DNA of 64,000 nt, from positions 32,001-96,000 of the forward strand of contig CAVQGX010000031.1 in the NCBI GenBank assembly GCA_963712115.1. The letters run 5' to 3'. The notes beneath the pieces are model-generated. The model made no database searches. It saw nothing but the letters and a program-made list of their open reading frames with translations, and was not told the DNA's origin. The translations under genes and the position numbers were made by a program. Origin of the DNA: an uncultured delta proteobacterium (lineage in GTDB: Bacteria; Desulfobacterota; Syntrophobacteria; BM002). Below, piece after piece: positions 38,460 through 48,912 of this stretch; positions within the stretch are counted from its first letter, which is position 1; every line of letters starts with the position of its first letter.

Positions 38460-39281
38460 CTAAGGGGGAGGAATCGGGTAGGCAATTCCTTGTTGCCACA
38501 ACTCCACTGCTTCTTTAAATAGTTTCCTGAACCCTAGTGTACCCCCCAGTCCTTTCCGGCCGAAATTAAAGTTTATCTCGATAAAGACAGGTGGACCTTC
38601 ATCGGGAAACATGAGATCAAAACCGGCGAGATTGATACCGGCGAGGTGGCAAAATCTGGCCACAGCAGCCATACCGCGATCTTGTAGCTCGGGGAAAATT
38701 TCCGGGTGCATGCGTCCGCCCCGGCACACATTGTTGTAAAAGTTCTCACCACCTACGCGAAAATAGCTCACCATTTTGGCGCCCACAACCACCACCCTGA
38801 GATCCATACCTCCATGGTTGACCCACCTCTGAATCAGTAAAGGTTCTTCTGCAGGTAGCCTATGGAGTCCATTTATAAGATCCTTTCGGCAGCAAACAGG
38901 AAAAACCGTGCTGCCCCCACCACCATTATCTCCCTTGAGCACAAAGGGATAGTCCAGCGGGAGCATCTTCCCTTCAGCATCTAATAAAACTTGAGGGTTT
39001 GAGTAAAGAATGGTTCTCGGGTGGCGTATTTTTAACCGCTGAAAAAGCACCGCCTGTTTAGTCTTTCCTGAATAGTCATATTTGGCGTCCAGATTGGGGA
39101 ACCAATTTTGTGCCATGGCGGCAATTTTCCTATAACGTTTTCTAGTAATACCCCGTGGCATGACGACCCCACGGGCGGCGCGAATCTTACTCGCAACTTC
39201 TGGTGCCTCGACAGGTGCCAGGTTAGGTAAGTTCTCCTCCAGATGCACCAGAGGATTCATTGATAAAAAGTATTTCGCCAT
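38460..39281 (-). CDS. RimK-like ATP-grasp ligase
   Basis: PFVLKG..GGGG..V, Q.WV...G.DLRVVV, NNV.RGG, AGFD, EIN. Confidence 0.8.
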   Translation of the reverse strand: MAKYFLSMNPLVHLEENLPNLAPVEAPEVASKIRAARGVVMPRGITRKRYRKIAAMAQNWFPNLDAKYDYSGKTKQAVLFQRLKIRHPRTILYSNPQVLLDAEGKMLPLDYPFVLKGDNGGGGSTVFPVCCRKDLINGLHRLPAEEPLLIQRWVNHGGMDLRVVVVGAKMVSYFRVGGENFYNNVCRGGRMHPEIFPELQDRGMAAVARFCHLAGINLAGFDLMFPDEGPPVFIEINFNFGRKGLGGTLGFRKLFKEAVELWQQGIAYPIPPP

Positions 39282-39289
39282 GGCAAGAG

Positions 39290-39430
39290 CCTAAAGTTCA
39301 CCAAAATGAGCTAAAGTGCCTATAATGTTCTAAAATGCCTAAATTGAACTAAAATCTAAAATCCGAAATCCGAAATCCGAAATGATCTAGCTCCATGCTC
39401 TGTACCCCTGCTCGCTGCTTACTGTTTGCC
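39290..39430. repeat. Array of CTAAA(A/G)TG, AAATCCG and GCTC(C/T) units
   Basis: ctaaagttcaccaaaatgagctaaagtgcc..., aaatccgaaatccgaaatccgaaat. Confidence 0.75.
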
Positions 39431-39433
39431 ACG

Positions 39434-40081
39434 TCAACCTAACACCCATTCGCGCAGCCGTCGGAGTGTTTTCCACCTGCCATCCTCCATCCCATCCACC
39501 TGGAAATCACGACGTCGCCAGAGAATTAGATTATATTCTCCAGGGAAAATGGGCCAAGGTTTGTAGGGCCGCAGACCATAGTACTTTTTCTCCGCCCAGG
39601 TCCGAACATAATGCTTTCCCCGGAGTTGTTGTCGTTCGCAGCCATGGATATCCTCTTGCAGCATCAGTTTCGGGGTCATGGAAAAAATCACCTCTTCCCA
39701 GCGGCAGTCTGGGTACACCCTTTGGCATACCACCACGGCACAATGAATGTTTTCAAGGTCCTCTACCCAGGTTGCCGGAAATACTCTAACGTTTTCCCAG
39801 AACCGCCGAGGTTCGCCCTGGTAATAATCGGTTAACAACCGTGTCATACCGTCAGGATCTAAGAACAGATTGGGAGAAACCGGTTCAATCCATGGAGCAC
39901 AGTCGATGCCGACGTAGTAGGTAAGATTCAACGCGGTCATAAGACGAATGTGATTGTCTATCCTGTTGACCATGAGACCACAGCCGAGGCTGACTAGAGA
40001 AGTGTCCCCGTGCTCTCGAAGAAAATCAATAGCTGGATTTGCCACCACCATTGCAGCGATCTCCTCCCCTTGCCGCCACAT
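39434..40081 (-). CDS. Hypothetical protein with class I SAM-binding-like motifs
   Basis: VSLGCG followed by YVGID; start uncertain. Confidence 0.5.
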   Translation of the reverse strand: MWRQGEEIAAMVVANPAIDFLREHGDTSLVSLGCGLMVNRIDNHIRLMTALNLTYYVGIDCAPWIEPVSPNLFLDPDGMTRLLTDYYQGEPRRFWENVRVFPATWVEDLENIHCAVVVCQRVYPDCRWEEVIFSMTPKLMLQEDIHGCERQQLRGKHYVRTWAEKKYYGLRPYKPWPIFPGEYNLILWRRRDFQVDGMEDGRWKTLRRLREWVLG

Positions 40082-40112
40082 TACTGGATGGTTCTGGCCG
40101 TTGCAAGCCTTA

Positions 40113-40167
40113 ACCCGGACATTTCATGAATAACCTGCTGCGACAGCAATCCATGAAATATCCGGGT
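40113..40167. mobile_element. Minimal (TIR-only) copy of the 19099-19281 element, flanked by TA
   Basis: TA|ACCCGGACATTTCATGAATAACCTGCTGCGACAGCAATCCATGAAATATCCGGGT|TA. Confidence 0.7.
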
Positions 40168-40397
40168 TAAAGGAGCAGAGGGCCGTCAATATTGTTAAGC
40201 TATTCACAAAACTATTGCACATTTCTACCTTGATAAGTTAACATTATTGAGTTGAGGTTAGCCCTTTCTAATGCAGTATCGCTTGAATCAAGACTTTCTG
40301 CTGGAAAAAGACCTAACACTCTGGCCCAGGACTTCTCGTGGAACTGGCTGCGGAATGCTGCACTGCTATCTGAATCTCAGACAAGGGGAGATTAGTC

Positions 40398-40643
40398 ATG
40401 GACAAAAATGACGGGATCACCGACGTGGGCGAGATGAAGGATCGAATGATGATCGATCTGTTCAAGAAGAAACTACAGGAGGCAAGAACTGACCTCACTC
40501 AACTAAGTGGAAGTTGGGGTGAGGCCAGCGAAATTCTAAAAAACCATTTCGGCAAAATTAGCCGCACCATGGTTAGCAACGAGAATAAACTGCGCAATTT
40601 ATATCAGACCGCCATCGATGAACTTAAGAAAGAGAGCGATTAA
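40398..40643 (+). CDS. Small helical hypothetical protein
   Basis: GGGGAG RBS, 81-aa ORF. Confidence 0.55.
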   Translation: MDKNDGITDVGEMKDRMMIDLFKKKLQEARTDLTQLSGSWGEASEILKNHFGKISRTMVSNENKLRNLYQTAIDELKKESD

Positions 40644-40689
40644 CCCCATGGTGGACTGGGTTCGCTTGATCGGACCAACCATAGCCCAA

Positions 40690-40835
40690 CTAACTAGGCA
40701 CTAGGGCCTAAGAACGAGACATAGAATCCAGTAGCCAGAAGGGAAAGACACTCTTTATGCTTTTTGCCTCCTGGATTCTGAATTCTGACTACTGACTCCT
40801 TCTTAAACTCTGCCAGCTGCTTGCTGTCAGTTGCC
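40690..40835. repeat. Mirror short-repeat array
   Basis: CACTAGG units, agaatccagtagccagaag ... ttctgaattctgactactgactcct. Confidence 0.7.
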
Positions 40836-40842
40836 GGCTTGA

Positions 40843-43479
40843 TTAAACTGCCTCTAAAACTTCTTCGTTCCTTTGCTTCGGCAAAGAAACCTCGAACACA
40901 AGCCCCTGCTCGTCGGTGTTCACACTTACACTACTTCCATCCGGCACCTCTCCGGCCATGATCTTTTTCGCCAGTGGGGTCTCCACTATTTTCTGAATTA
41001 CCCGTTTAAGAGGTCTTGCTCCATATACCGGATCATAGCCTCTCTCGGCCAACAACCTCTTGGCCTCGTCGGAAAACTCCAGTTCAATTCTCCTGTCCGC
41101 CAACCGCCGTTTTAACCAGACCACCTGGATGTCTACGATTTGCGCCAGTTGCTCCTGAGTGAGGGAGTGGAATACCAGAATCTCGTCTACCCGGTTAAGA
41201 AATTCAGGGCGAAAATGCTGGCGCATGGCCTCAAGCACTCTCAACCGCATGCTTTCGTAACTCTCACCGGTGGTGTCAAGGATATATTGGCTGCCCACGT
41301 TAGAGGTCATAATGATAATGCAGTTTTTGAAATCCACGGTGCGGCCGTGGGAATCGGTTAGTCGACCATCATCCATTATCTGCAAAAAGATGCTGAACAC
41401 CTCGTGATGGGCCTTTTCGATCTCGTCGAAAAGGATGACCGAGTAAGGCTTGCGCCGCACCGCCTCTGTGAGTTGACCACCTTCTTCGTAGCCCACATAT
41501 CCCGGCGGAGCCCCAATGAGACGAGCAACGGTATGCTTTTCCATGTACTCGCTCATGTCAATCCGCACCATGTTATTTTCATCATCGAAAAGATTTTCGG
41601 CCAGAGCTCGAGCGAGCTCGGTCTTTCCCACTCCGGTGGGCCCAAGGAAGATAAAGCTGCCCACCGGACGATTGGGGTCTTTAATTCCGGCGCGAGAGCG
41701 CAGTACCGCCTCAGCCACTGCCTCTACTGCTTCATCCTGACCCACTACCCGCTTATGGAGATGCTCTTCTAGTTTCAGCAGCTTTTCCCGCTCTCCCTCC
41801 ACCAGCCTAGTTACCGGGATATGGGTCCAGCGCGAGACGATTTCCGCGATCTCGTCATCGGTAACCTCTTCCCGCAGCAGTCGGCCATTGCCCTGTTTGT
41901 TCGACAAGTTAGCCTCTTCTGCCTTAAGTTTTTGTTCCATTTCTGGAAGTCGGCCGTGTTTCAACTCGGCAGCCCGGTTTAGATCATATTTGCGCTCGGC
42001 CACCGAGATTTCATAACGCAGTTTCTCAATCTCCTCTCGCAAAACCTGGACCTTGTGGATGGCAGCCTTTTCCGCCTCCCATTGGGCCCTCATAGCATCG
42101 GCCTTGGACCGCTGATCAGCCAGTTCCTTACGCAGGGCTTTCAGCCGTTCCTGACTCGCTGTGTCTTTTTCCTTTTTCAGAGCCGCTTCCTCGATCTCCA
42201 GCTGCATTACCCGCCTGGTCACCTCATCCAGTTCCGTGGGCATGGAGTCCATCTCCGTACGAATGGTGGCGCAGGCCTCGTCCACCAAGTCAATGGCCTT
42301 ATCGGGCAAGAAGCGGTCACTAATGTAGCGGTTGGAAAGCACTGCAGCCGTCACCAAGGCACTGTCCTGAATTCTTACCCCGTGATGCACCTCGAATCTT
42401 TCTTTCAAACCCCTTAGAATGCTTATGGTATCTTCAACCGTGGGCTGATCTACCAGCACAGGCTGAAAGCGCCTCTCCAGGGCAGCATCCTTTTCGATAT
42501 ATTTCCGATACTCGTCCAGAGTAGTAGCGCCGACGCAATGAAGTTCACCCCTGGCAAGCATGGGTTTCAGCATATTGCCTGCATCCATAGAGCCTTCGGC
42601 TCGCCCAGCGCCGACAATATTGTGAAGCTCATCAATGAAGAGCAGAATGGAGCCCTCGCTCTCTTTGATTTCCTGCAATACCGCTTTGAGCCGTTCTTCA
42701 AATTCACCGCGATATTTAGCACCCGCAACCAGGGCACCCAGGTCGAGAGCAAAGATGGATTTGTCTTTGAGCCCTTCAGGCACATCGCCTTTCACTATCC
42801 GATGAGCCAGTCCCTCAACAATGGCGGTCTTGCCTACGCCGGGTTCACCGATGAGAACTGGGTTGTTCTTGGTCTTGCGGGATAGTATGCGAATGACTCG
42901 TCTAATTTCCCCATCGCGGCCGATTACCGGATCAAGCCGCCCTTTCTTCGCCTCCCTGACCAGATCTCGCCCGTAGCGCTCTAGAGCCTCATAGGTTGAC
43001 TCAGGCGTAGCACTGGTAACTCTTTGATGGCCCCGCAACTCGGTGAGTGCTTGCAGGAAGCGCTCAGTGGTGAGGTTGAAACTCTTTAAGATTCGCCCGG
43101 CCGCGGTGGCATTCCCTTCATTGATCAGGGGCAGAATAAGGTGTTCAACTGAAACATACTCATCCTTGAGTCTTTTTGCTTCCTCCTCGGCCTTCATCAA
43201 CAGACGGTTAAGTCGCTGGGTCACATAGATCTTTCCCGCCTCGGTCCCCGGACCTGTGACACTGGGCCGCTTCTGCACTTCTGCTTCCACTTCAGCCTTC
43301 AGGTTTTCAACCGGTACGCCCATCTTGTTGAAAAGACGAGGCACCAACCCCTCTGGCTGTTCTAGTAGAGCTAAAAGGAGGTGCTCACCATCAACCTCCT
43401 GATGACCGTAGCGTAAAGCCTTGGTTTGCGCATCATGAAGCGCTTCCTGCGATTTTTGGGTTAATTTGTTGGGGTCCAT
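40843..43479 (-). CDS. clpB: Disaggregase ClpB
   Basis: Two AAA+ modules ([16 protein letters not shown]), coiled-coil M domain, GYVGYEEGG. Confidence 0.97.
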   Translation of the reverse strand: MDPNKLTQKSQEALHDAQTKALRYGHQEVDGEHLLLALLEQPEGLVPRLFNKMGVPVENLKAEVEAEVQKRPSVTGPGTEAGKIYVTQRLNRLLMKAEEEAKRLKDEYVSVEHLILPLINEGNATAAGRILKSFNLTTERFLQALTELRGHQRVTSATPESTYEALERYGRDLVREAKKGRLDPVIGRDGEIRRVIRILSRKTKNNPVLIGEPGVGKTAIVEGLAHRIVKGDVPEGLKDKSIFALDLGALVAGAKYRGEFEERLKAVLQEIKESEGSILLFIDELHNIVGAGRAEGSMDAGNMLKPMLARGELHCVGATTLDEYRKYIEKDAALERRFQPVLVDQPTVEDTISILRGLKERFEVHHGVRIQDSALVTAAVLSNRYISDRFLPDKAIDLVDEACATIRTEMDSMPTELDEVTRRVMQLEIEEAALKKEKDTASQERLKALRKELADQRSKADAMRAQWEAEKAAIHKVQVLREEIEKLRYEISVAERKYDLNRAAELKHGRLPEMEQKLKAEEANLSNKQGNGRLLREEVTDDEIAEIVSRWTHIPVTRLVEGEREKLLKLEEHLHKRVVGQDEAVEAVAEAVLRSRAGIKDPNRPVGSFIFLGPTGVGKTELARALAENLFDDENNMVRIDMSEYMEKHTVARLIGAPPGYVGYEEGGQLTEAVRRKPYSVILFDEIEKAHHEVFSIFLQIMDDGRLTDSHGRTVDFKNCIIIMTSNVGSQYILDTTGESYESMRLRVLEAMRQHFRPEFLNRVDEILVFHSLTQEQLAQIVDIQVVWLKRRLADRRIELEFSDEAKRLLAERGYDPVYGARPLKRVIQKIVETPLAKKIMAGEVPDGSSVSVNTDEQGLVFEVSLPKQRNEEVLEAV

Positions 43480-43582
43480 ATTCTAAGATTCCTCCTAAGA
43501 GTAAAGAATCAAGGCCCGGGGGACCGGGCTTTGAGCTGTCCCCCAGCGCAATTCCTTCCTTTATGCGTCAGTCTGCTGGGGT

Positions 43583-43687
43583 AATGGAGTGGTGGAGTAA
43601 TGGAGTAATGATAAAGAGTTATTCAAGTTGAAATTCGGGTTTTGGCTTTTTCCAACACTCCAGTACTCCAATGCTCCAGTACTCCAA
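43583..43687. repeat. Mirror octamer array TGGAGT(A/G)(A/G) / (T/C)ACTCCA(A/G)
   Basis: Four units, AT-rich core, five complementary units. Confidence 0.8.
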
Positions 43688-43717
43688 AACAGCTCACAAT
43701 CTTTACCGCTAAGTTCG

Positions 43718-44044
43718 TCATAACTGCCTGCGAAGTCTGGCGATCTCTCGCTCCAGTTGGTCAATTTTATCTAACAGGTTTAAAACCACACCAATGCCAG
43801 CCCAATTAATACCGAGGTCTCGGCGCAATCGCATAATTCGCCAGATCCTGGGCACCGCAGTCTCGGGGAATAGTAACTGGGGCTCACGTTCCACCGGATC
43901 AATTAATCCCCAATCTATCAATTTGTCCACCATCTCCGGATGCAAACGGGCGAGCCGTGCTAAATCCCCTGCTGAAAGTAGCTCTTCCGATGCGGGCCGG
44001 CTTTCATATCGATAGTGCACAATCTGGTATCGAATGGTGCTCAT
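43718..44044 (-). CDS. cbpM: Chaperone modulator CbpM (MerR-like)
   Basis: L.DWGLI.P, RLRRDLGIN.AG..V.L.LL; follows cbpA. Confidence 0.85.
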   Translation of the reverse strand: MSTIRYQIVHYRYESRPASEELLSAGDLARLARLHPEMVDKLIDWGLIDPVEREPQLLFPETAVPRIWRIMRLRRDLGINWAGIGVVLNLLDKIDQLEREIARLRRQL

Positions 44045-44058
44045 CTTCCCTATTTTCC

Positions 44059-45021
44059 CTATCCTTTCCGCGGATTAAAACTGGACACCTTGGCCATTTC
44101 CGCAAAAAGTTCCTTTTCTTTCGCAGTCAAATCTTTGGGCACAACAATTTTTAGCCGGGCAATAATGTCCCCCCGCTCACCACCTTTCTTGGGGAACCCT
44201 TTTCCGCTCAACCTTAGCTTCTGCCCGCTTTGGCTACCAGAGGGTATCTTGAGGTTTACCGTGCCGTCCATGATCACCACCTGCACCGTAGCACCTAGAG
44301 CCGCCTCCCAAGGGGCTACGGGTACCTCCACCTGGAGGTTGTGTCCGTCTATGGTAAAGCGTGGATGGGGCTCCATATGCACCTTGAGGTAGAGATCACC
44401 TGGAGGCCCGCCACCCATGCCCTCTCCGCCTTTGCCTGCCAAGCGGATGCGGGTGCCATCGGTGACTCCCGGCGGTATCTTAACTTGTATATTTTTGACC
44501 GTAGGACGCACCTGCCCTTGCGGATCTATCTCGTGTCCCTGCAAAGTTAAGGTTCTTTTGGCCCCATGATAGGCGCTTTCAAGGTCAATTTCGATCTCCG
44601 CCTCGTGGTCCTGTCCACGCATCACCCACGAACCTTGCCTCGCACTTGCACCACCTCCACCACCCATGCGTCCACCGAAGAGCATCTCGAAGAAGTCGCT
44701 GAAACCGCCACCGAAATCAAATGCTTCCGCGCCAGGCCCGGTAAACTCGAAGTGGACATTCTCCCAGCCGGGAGGTGGCTTGAAGTCCTGGCCCGCCTGC
44801 CACTCAGGGCCCAACTGGTCGTAGAGCTTTCGCTTCTCCAGGTCCTTTAGTACTTCGTTGGCCTCGTTGATCTGCTTGAATTTCTCCTCGGCCCCTTTGT
44901 CCTTGTTGACGTCAGGGTGGTATTTGCGGGCCAGCTTACGATAAGCTCGCTTTATCTCATCCTCGCTGGCATTACGTCCCACGCCAAGGATGTCATAGTA
45001 GTCTTGAAACTTAACTGACAT
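44059..45021 (-). CDS. cbpA: DnaJ-class co-chaperone without zinc finger
   Basis: J domain with HPD, FSDFF, C-terminal GDLYL and PWEAALG. Confidence 0.9.
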   Translation of the reverse strand: MSVKFQDYYDILGVGRNASEDEIKRAYRKLARKYHPDVNKDKGAEEKFKQINEANEVLKDLEKRKLYDQLGPEWQAGQDFKPPPGWENVHFEFTGPGAEAFDFGGGFSDFFEMLFGGRMGGGGGASARQGSWVMRGQDHEAEIEIDLESAYHGAKRTLTLQGHEIDPQGQVRPTVKNIQVKIPPGVTDGTRIRLAGKGGEGMGGGPPGDLYLKVHMEPHPRFTIDGHNLQVEVPVAPWEAALGATVQVVIMDGTVNLKIPSGSQSGQKLRLSGKGFPKKGGERGDIIARLKIVVPKDLTAKEKELFAEMAKVSSFNPRKG

Positions 45022-45543
45022 ATAACCTCACCTATTTGAGCATAGCAGACCTATGGAAGTAAGGGCAACACTACCAATTCGAAGCGCTTCTCCGCTGGCT
45101 GCTAACCGGCAAGATCAGCTGCCGCCCTTGCACATTTCTTCGGCAAATCACCAAAATACACTATGTAGTGTAATTTTTTCTTTTGATAAATAAAGTAAGA
45201 ATTCATGAGATATTTTCAAGTGGTTTTTGACAAAAAACCTGTATTTTATTTGACCTTATCAAACCTTATTTGTCACTCTTCTTTCTCTGACCACACCAAT
45301 GTTGTCAGGTCGGAGGTGGGTTCGTTTTACTTAACCCACCCCACGGCTCTAACCAGTCACCCTACAACCACCACCCTTTCATCTTTTCCCGTCGAGTGTT
45401 ATAGTAAAATCTAGTTGGTCGATAGGTTTTATTGGGCTGTCATTCCAGCGAATCTTGAGTAATAAGCTGCCGTTGACAATGGGCAATCTTTACTTAGTTT
45501 ATCTGTAAGCCTATTAATCGGATGCAAATAGGGAGGTATTTAA

Positions 45544-46056
45544 ATGTATTCAGAAACAGTCATGGATCATTTCAAGAATCCTAGAAACGTGGGCGAGATG
45601 AAGGATGCAGACGGGGTTGGAGAAGTTGGAAATCCAATTTGTGGCGATATGATGACCATTTACATCAAGGTCAAGGACGACTACATTGATGACATTAGTT
45701 TCCTCACCTTCGGCTGCGGTGCGGCCATTGCGGTCTCCAGCATTCTCACTGAGATGGCCAAGGGAAAAACCATTGATGAGGCCCAGAAGATCACCAACAA
45801 ATCGGTTGCCGCAGCCCTTGAAGGTCTTCCCAAAAACAAACTGCACTGCTCCAATCTAGGTGCCGATGCTCTCCAACTGGCTATCAGGGATTATTTGGAC
45901 AAAAAGGCAGGCATAGTCAGAGAAGGGCCCAAGAGAAGCGACAAGCATGAACACAGCCATGGAGACGTGTGCTACTGCCCCTACTGCGATGTGGAGACTG
46001 AGGATAAGGCGCCGGTTTGTGTCAACTGTGGTCGAGAATTAGACGAAGCACATTAG
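45544..46056 (+). CDS. iscU: Fe-S scaffold IscU/NifU-N with C-terminal His-rich linker and zinc ribbon
   Basis: DHF.NPRNVG, CGD, TFGC, K.HCS; tail HEHSH-CYCPYC-x10-CVNC. Confidence 0.9.
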   Translation: MYSETVMDHFKNPRNVGEMKDADGVGEVGNPICGDMMTIYIKVKDDYIDDISFLTFGCGAAIAVSSILTEMAKGKTIDEAQKITNKSVAAALEGLPKNKLHCSNLGADALQLAIRDYLDKKAGIVREGPKRSDKHEHSHGDVCYCPYCDVETEDKAPVCVNCGRELDEAH

Positions 46057-46068
46057 GGAGGTTTTGCG

Positions 46069-47268
46069 GTGAGCATTATAAATTTAGACTACCTTGCGGC
46101 CAATCCGCTCCTGCCAGAAGTGCAGGAGGCCATGATAGATGCTATCAAGAAAAATTACGCCAATCCTTCCAGTCAACACCAGCTCGGTGATGAGGCTGTA
46201 GCTGCTTTGCAACTGGCCAGGGAACAGGTGGCCAGGCTGATTAATAGCCCGGTGGAAAAAGAAGTGGTTTTTACCTCAGGCGGCACAGAATCTGTTAATC
46301 ATGCGGTCAAAGGGGTAGCATTTGCCAATACAAACAAAGGAAAACACATAGTTACTTCAAACATCGAGCATAATGCGGCTCTGAGAACCCTTAGATCCCT
46401 TAAAATGATGGATTACCGAGTGACTTCGGTGCCGGTCGACCAATATGGGCGGATCAACCCGACTGATGTGGCTGATGCTATCAGGGATGATACGATCTTG
46501 GTTACCATCATGCACAGCAATAATGAGATCGGAACCATCCAACCCATTGAGGAGATCGCTGAGGTCACTAGAGCAAAAAAAGTTATCTTGCACTCTGATG
46601 CGGTGGATTCAGTGGGTGTCGTCCCAATGGACGTTCAGAAACTCGGGGTAGATCTACTCAGCTTTGCCGCCAACCAGTTTTACGGACCATCGGGAGTAGG
46701 TGGCCTATATATCCGGAGAGGCACCAGGATATGGCCTCTTTTGGATGGGGGTGTTCAGGAAAACAACAAGCGGGCCGGCACAGAAAATCTCATTGGTATC
46801 ATTGGCATGGGTGTCGCCGCCGAGTTGGCAAAACGAGAAATGGAGTTCCGGGTCAAACATGTAAAAAAGCTAAAAGATAGAATAATAGAGGGTTTGCAAG
46901 CACGAATTGAAGATATTTACATTAACGGACATCCAGAACTTTCGTTGCCCAATCTGGTTTCGGTGTCGGTTAAATACATCGAAGGAGAGGGAATCGTCCT
47001 GATGCTGGATGAAGAGAATATCGCCGCTTCAACCAAATCTGCCTGTGCCGCCGGGGCCCTGCAAGCCTCCCACGTCCTGCTCTCCATTGGTCGTGATTTT
47101 GCTGATGCCCAGGGTACGCTGGTGATTACCTTTGGCCGGGATACCACCGAGGCTGAGATTGACCGCTTCCTGGAGGTTCTGGAAGAGGTGGTTCAAACAC
47201 TGCGAAATATGTCTCCACTTTACATAAAAGCCAAGCAGGGAAAGGCTGAGGGGGCAACTGCGAGTTAG
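46069..47268 (+). CDS. iscS: Cysteine desulfurase homologue lacking the PLP lysine
   Basis: NPSS.H, FTSGGTES, EH, NNEIGT, RAGTEN, SAC; ANQFYGP in place of xHKxYGP. Confidence 0.85.
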   Translation: MSIINLDYLAANPLLPEVQEAMIDAIKKNYANPSSQHQLGDEAVAALQLAREQVARLINSPVEKEVVFTSGGTESVNHAVKGVAFANTNKGKHIVTSNIEHNAALRTLRSLKMMDYRVTSVPVDQYGRINPTDVADAIRDDTILVTIMHSNNEIGTIQPIEEIAEVTRAKKVILHSDAVDSVGVVPMDVQKLGVDLLSFAANQFYGPSGVGGLYIRRGTRIWPLLDGGVQENNKRAGTENLIGIIGMGVAAELAKREMEFRVKHVKKLKDRIIEGLQARIEDIYINGHPELSLPNLVSVSVKYIEGEGIVLMLDEENIAASTKSACAAGALQASHVLLSIGRDFADAQGTLVITFGRDTTEAEIDRFLEVLEEVVQTLRNMSPLYIKAKQGKAEGATAS

Positions 47269-47344
47269 TTCCATTCATTGGCACCCCCCAAATCCACCGT
47301 CTAACTTAGTTATCAGGACTGAAATCAGCGGCCTATGGAGTATT

Positions 47345-47532
47345 CCTGATCACCAACAAGGTATTAGATGCAAGGCGCCGAGGAGGGACGACTGAGGCGT
47401 ATGGGGCAATACGCCGCAAGCATGCCCCCGCGCAGGCGGGGGGAGGAGCGATCGAAGGCAACACCGCCCTTCGACTTTGCTCAGGGCCGTGAGCCTGTCG
47501 AACGGCAGATGATGCCTTGCTGGTGGATCAGG
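47345..47532. mobile_element. Composite MITE/REP-like element
   Basis: Imperfect terminal IR CCTGATCACCAACAAGGTATTA / TGATGCCTTGCTGGTGGATCAGG with internal hairpins. Confidence 0.6.
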
Positions 47533-47600
47533 GACCCAATCCCTCATTTAATCATCCCGGAAACTATGGTATGCTAGTTGCAACTCTGGAGCACGTGGGT

Positions 47601-47843
47601 ATGGAAGAGTCCACTAAAAGGAAGATTGAAGAGATCATTGGCCAGATGAAGTGCCCGAAGGATTTCGTCTGCTATAAGTCCGGGTTAAAGACTCTTTGCA
47701 AAGCTGAAGACGTTGGCATGCAATCTTATCTAAAGTGCTTGGAGGAGAATCCAAGTGATTGCGTCTTCTCAATGGGCTATGCGGAATCACATTATTGCAC
47801 CTGCCCTCTCCGCTGCTACATTGCAAAGAAAGAAGGCAAGTGA
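47601..47843 (+). CDS. Small Cys-rich hypothetical protein
   Basis: 80 aa, eight Cys including CxCPLR. Confidence 0.7.
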   Translation: MEESTKRKIEEIIGQMKCPKDFVCYKSGLKTLCKAEDVGMQSYLKCLEENPSDCVFSMGYAESHYCTCPLRCYIAKKEGK

Positions 47844-47920
47844 ACCAACTCCTCTCGCCAATACCAAACCTACAAACTTCCACCAATAGGCCAGCATAGA
47901 AGCAATAAGGAGTGATGTGA

Positions 47921-48898
47921 ATGCATACAAAAAGAGTTAGTTCATTTGTTTTTCTACTATTTTTTATGGCCCTGACAACCTTTGTATTGGCAGAAGAAAC
48001 GCAACCGCCAACAGACAAAGCGGCGGTGGTAAACGGCACAGTCATAACTCAGGCTGAGCTCGATTCTCAGATGAAAATAGTTATCGATCGGCTGAGAGCA
48101 TCAGGGCGTCTTCCTGATGTTTCACAGCTTGATCAAATCAGAAGTCAAGTCCTGGAGAATTTGATCGCTCGTGAGTTGCTCTACCAGGAAACCCAAAAGA
48201 AGGGGATCAAAATCTCTGAAGAGGAAGTAAATAAACAATTAATCAATGTGAAAGCCCAATTTCCAAATGAAGCAGAATTCAACAATGCCCTGATTAGGAT
48301 GAATCTGACCGAGGCCAGCATAAAAGAAAAACTCCAGCGTGACCTGGCCTTAAAAAAACTAATTGAGGATGAAGTTGCTCCTAAAGTCACGGTCTCGGAT
48401 AGTGATATTCTAGCTTTCTACGAGCACAATCCCGAAACCTTCAAGCAACCCGAACGGGTGAAGGCCAGTCACATTTTGATCAAAGTTGATCCCAAGGCAG
48501 ATGCATCGCACAAGGCTGAGGCACAGAAGAAGATCAACTTGGTACAAGCAAAGCTTCAAAAAGGTGAAGATTTTGGCGCTCTTGCCAAAGAATACTCTGA
48601 GGGTCCAACCGGCCCCAAGGGTGGTGATCTAGGATACTTTACCCGGGGGCAGATGGTAAAACCTTTTGAAGAAGCGGCTTTTGCTATGAAACCCGGTGAA
48701 GTGAGTGGTATGGTTGAGACCAGATTCGGATATCATCTCATCAAGGTTACAGATAAAACACCTGAAGGTACAATGTCTTACGACGATGTTAAAGAGAGGC
48801 TCGCGGAATTCTTGAAGCAGCAGAAGATCCAAGAAGAGATAAATGTTTACGTCAAGAGGTTAGAGGAAAAATCCAAGATAGAGAGATTTGTTCAGTAG
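47921..48898 (+). CDS. PrsA/SurA-like parvulin foldase
   Basis: Signal peptide, AVVNG..IT, ASHILI, F..LAK.YS, GGDLG.F.RG.MV.PFE, FGYHLI. Confidence 0.92.
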   Translation: MHTKRVSSFVFLLFFMALTTFVLAEETQPPTDKAAVVNGTVITQAELDSQMKIVIDRLRASGRLPDVSQLDQIRSQVLENLIARELLYQETQKKGIKISEEEVNKQLINVKAQFPNEAEFNNALIRMNLTEASIKEKLQRDLALKKLIEDEVAPKVTVSDSDILAFYEHNPETFKQPERVKASHILIKVDPKADASHKAEAQKKINLVQAKLQKGEDFGALAKEYSEGPTGPKGGDLGYFTRGQMVKPFEEAAFAMKPGEVSGMVETRFGYHLIKVTDKTPEGTMSYDDVKERLAEFLKQQKIQEEINVYVKRLEEKSKIERFVQ

Positions 48899-48912
48899 TC
48901 CGAGATAAGGAT

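Noticed and set aside
45035-45056. HAIR/HspR-like operator before cbpA
   Set aside because: Only one half-site (TTGAG) matches; the downstream MerR-like protein looks like CbpM.
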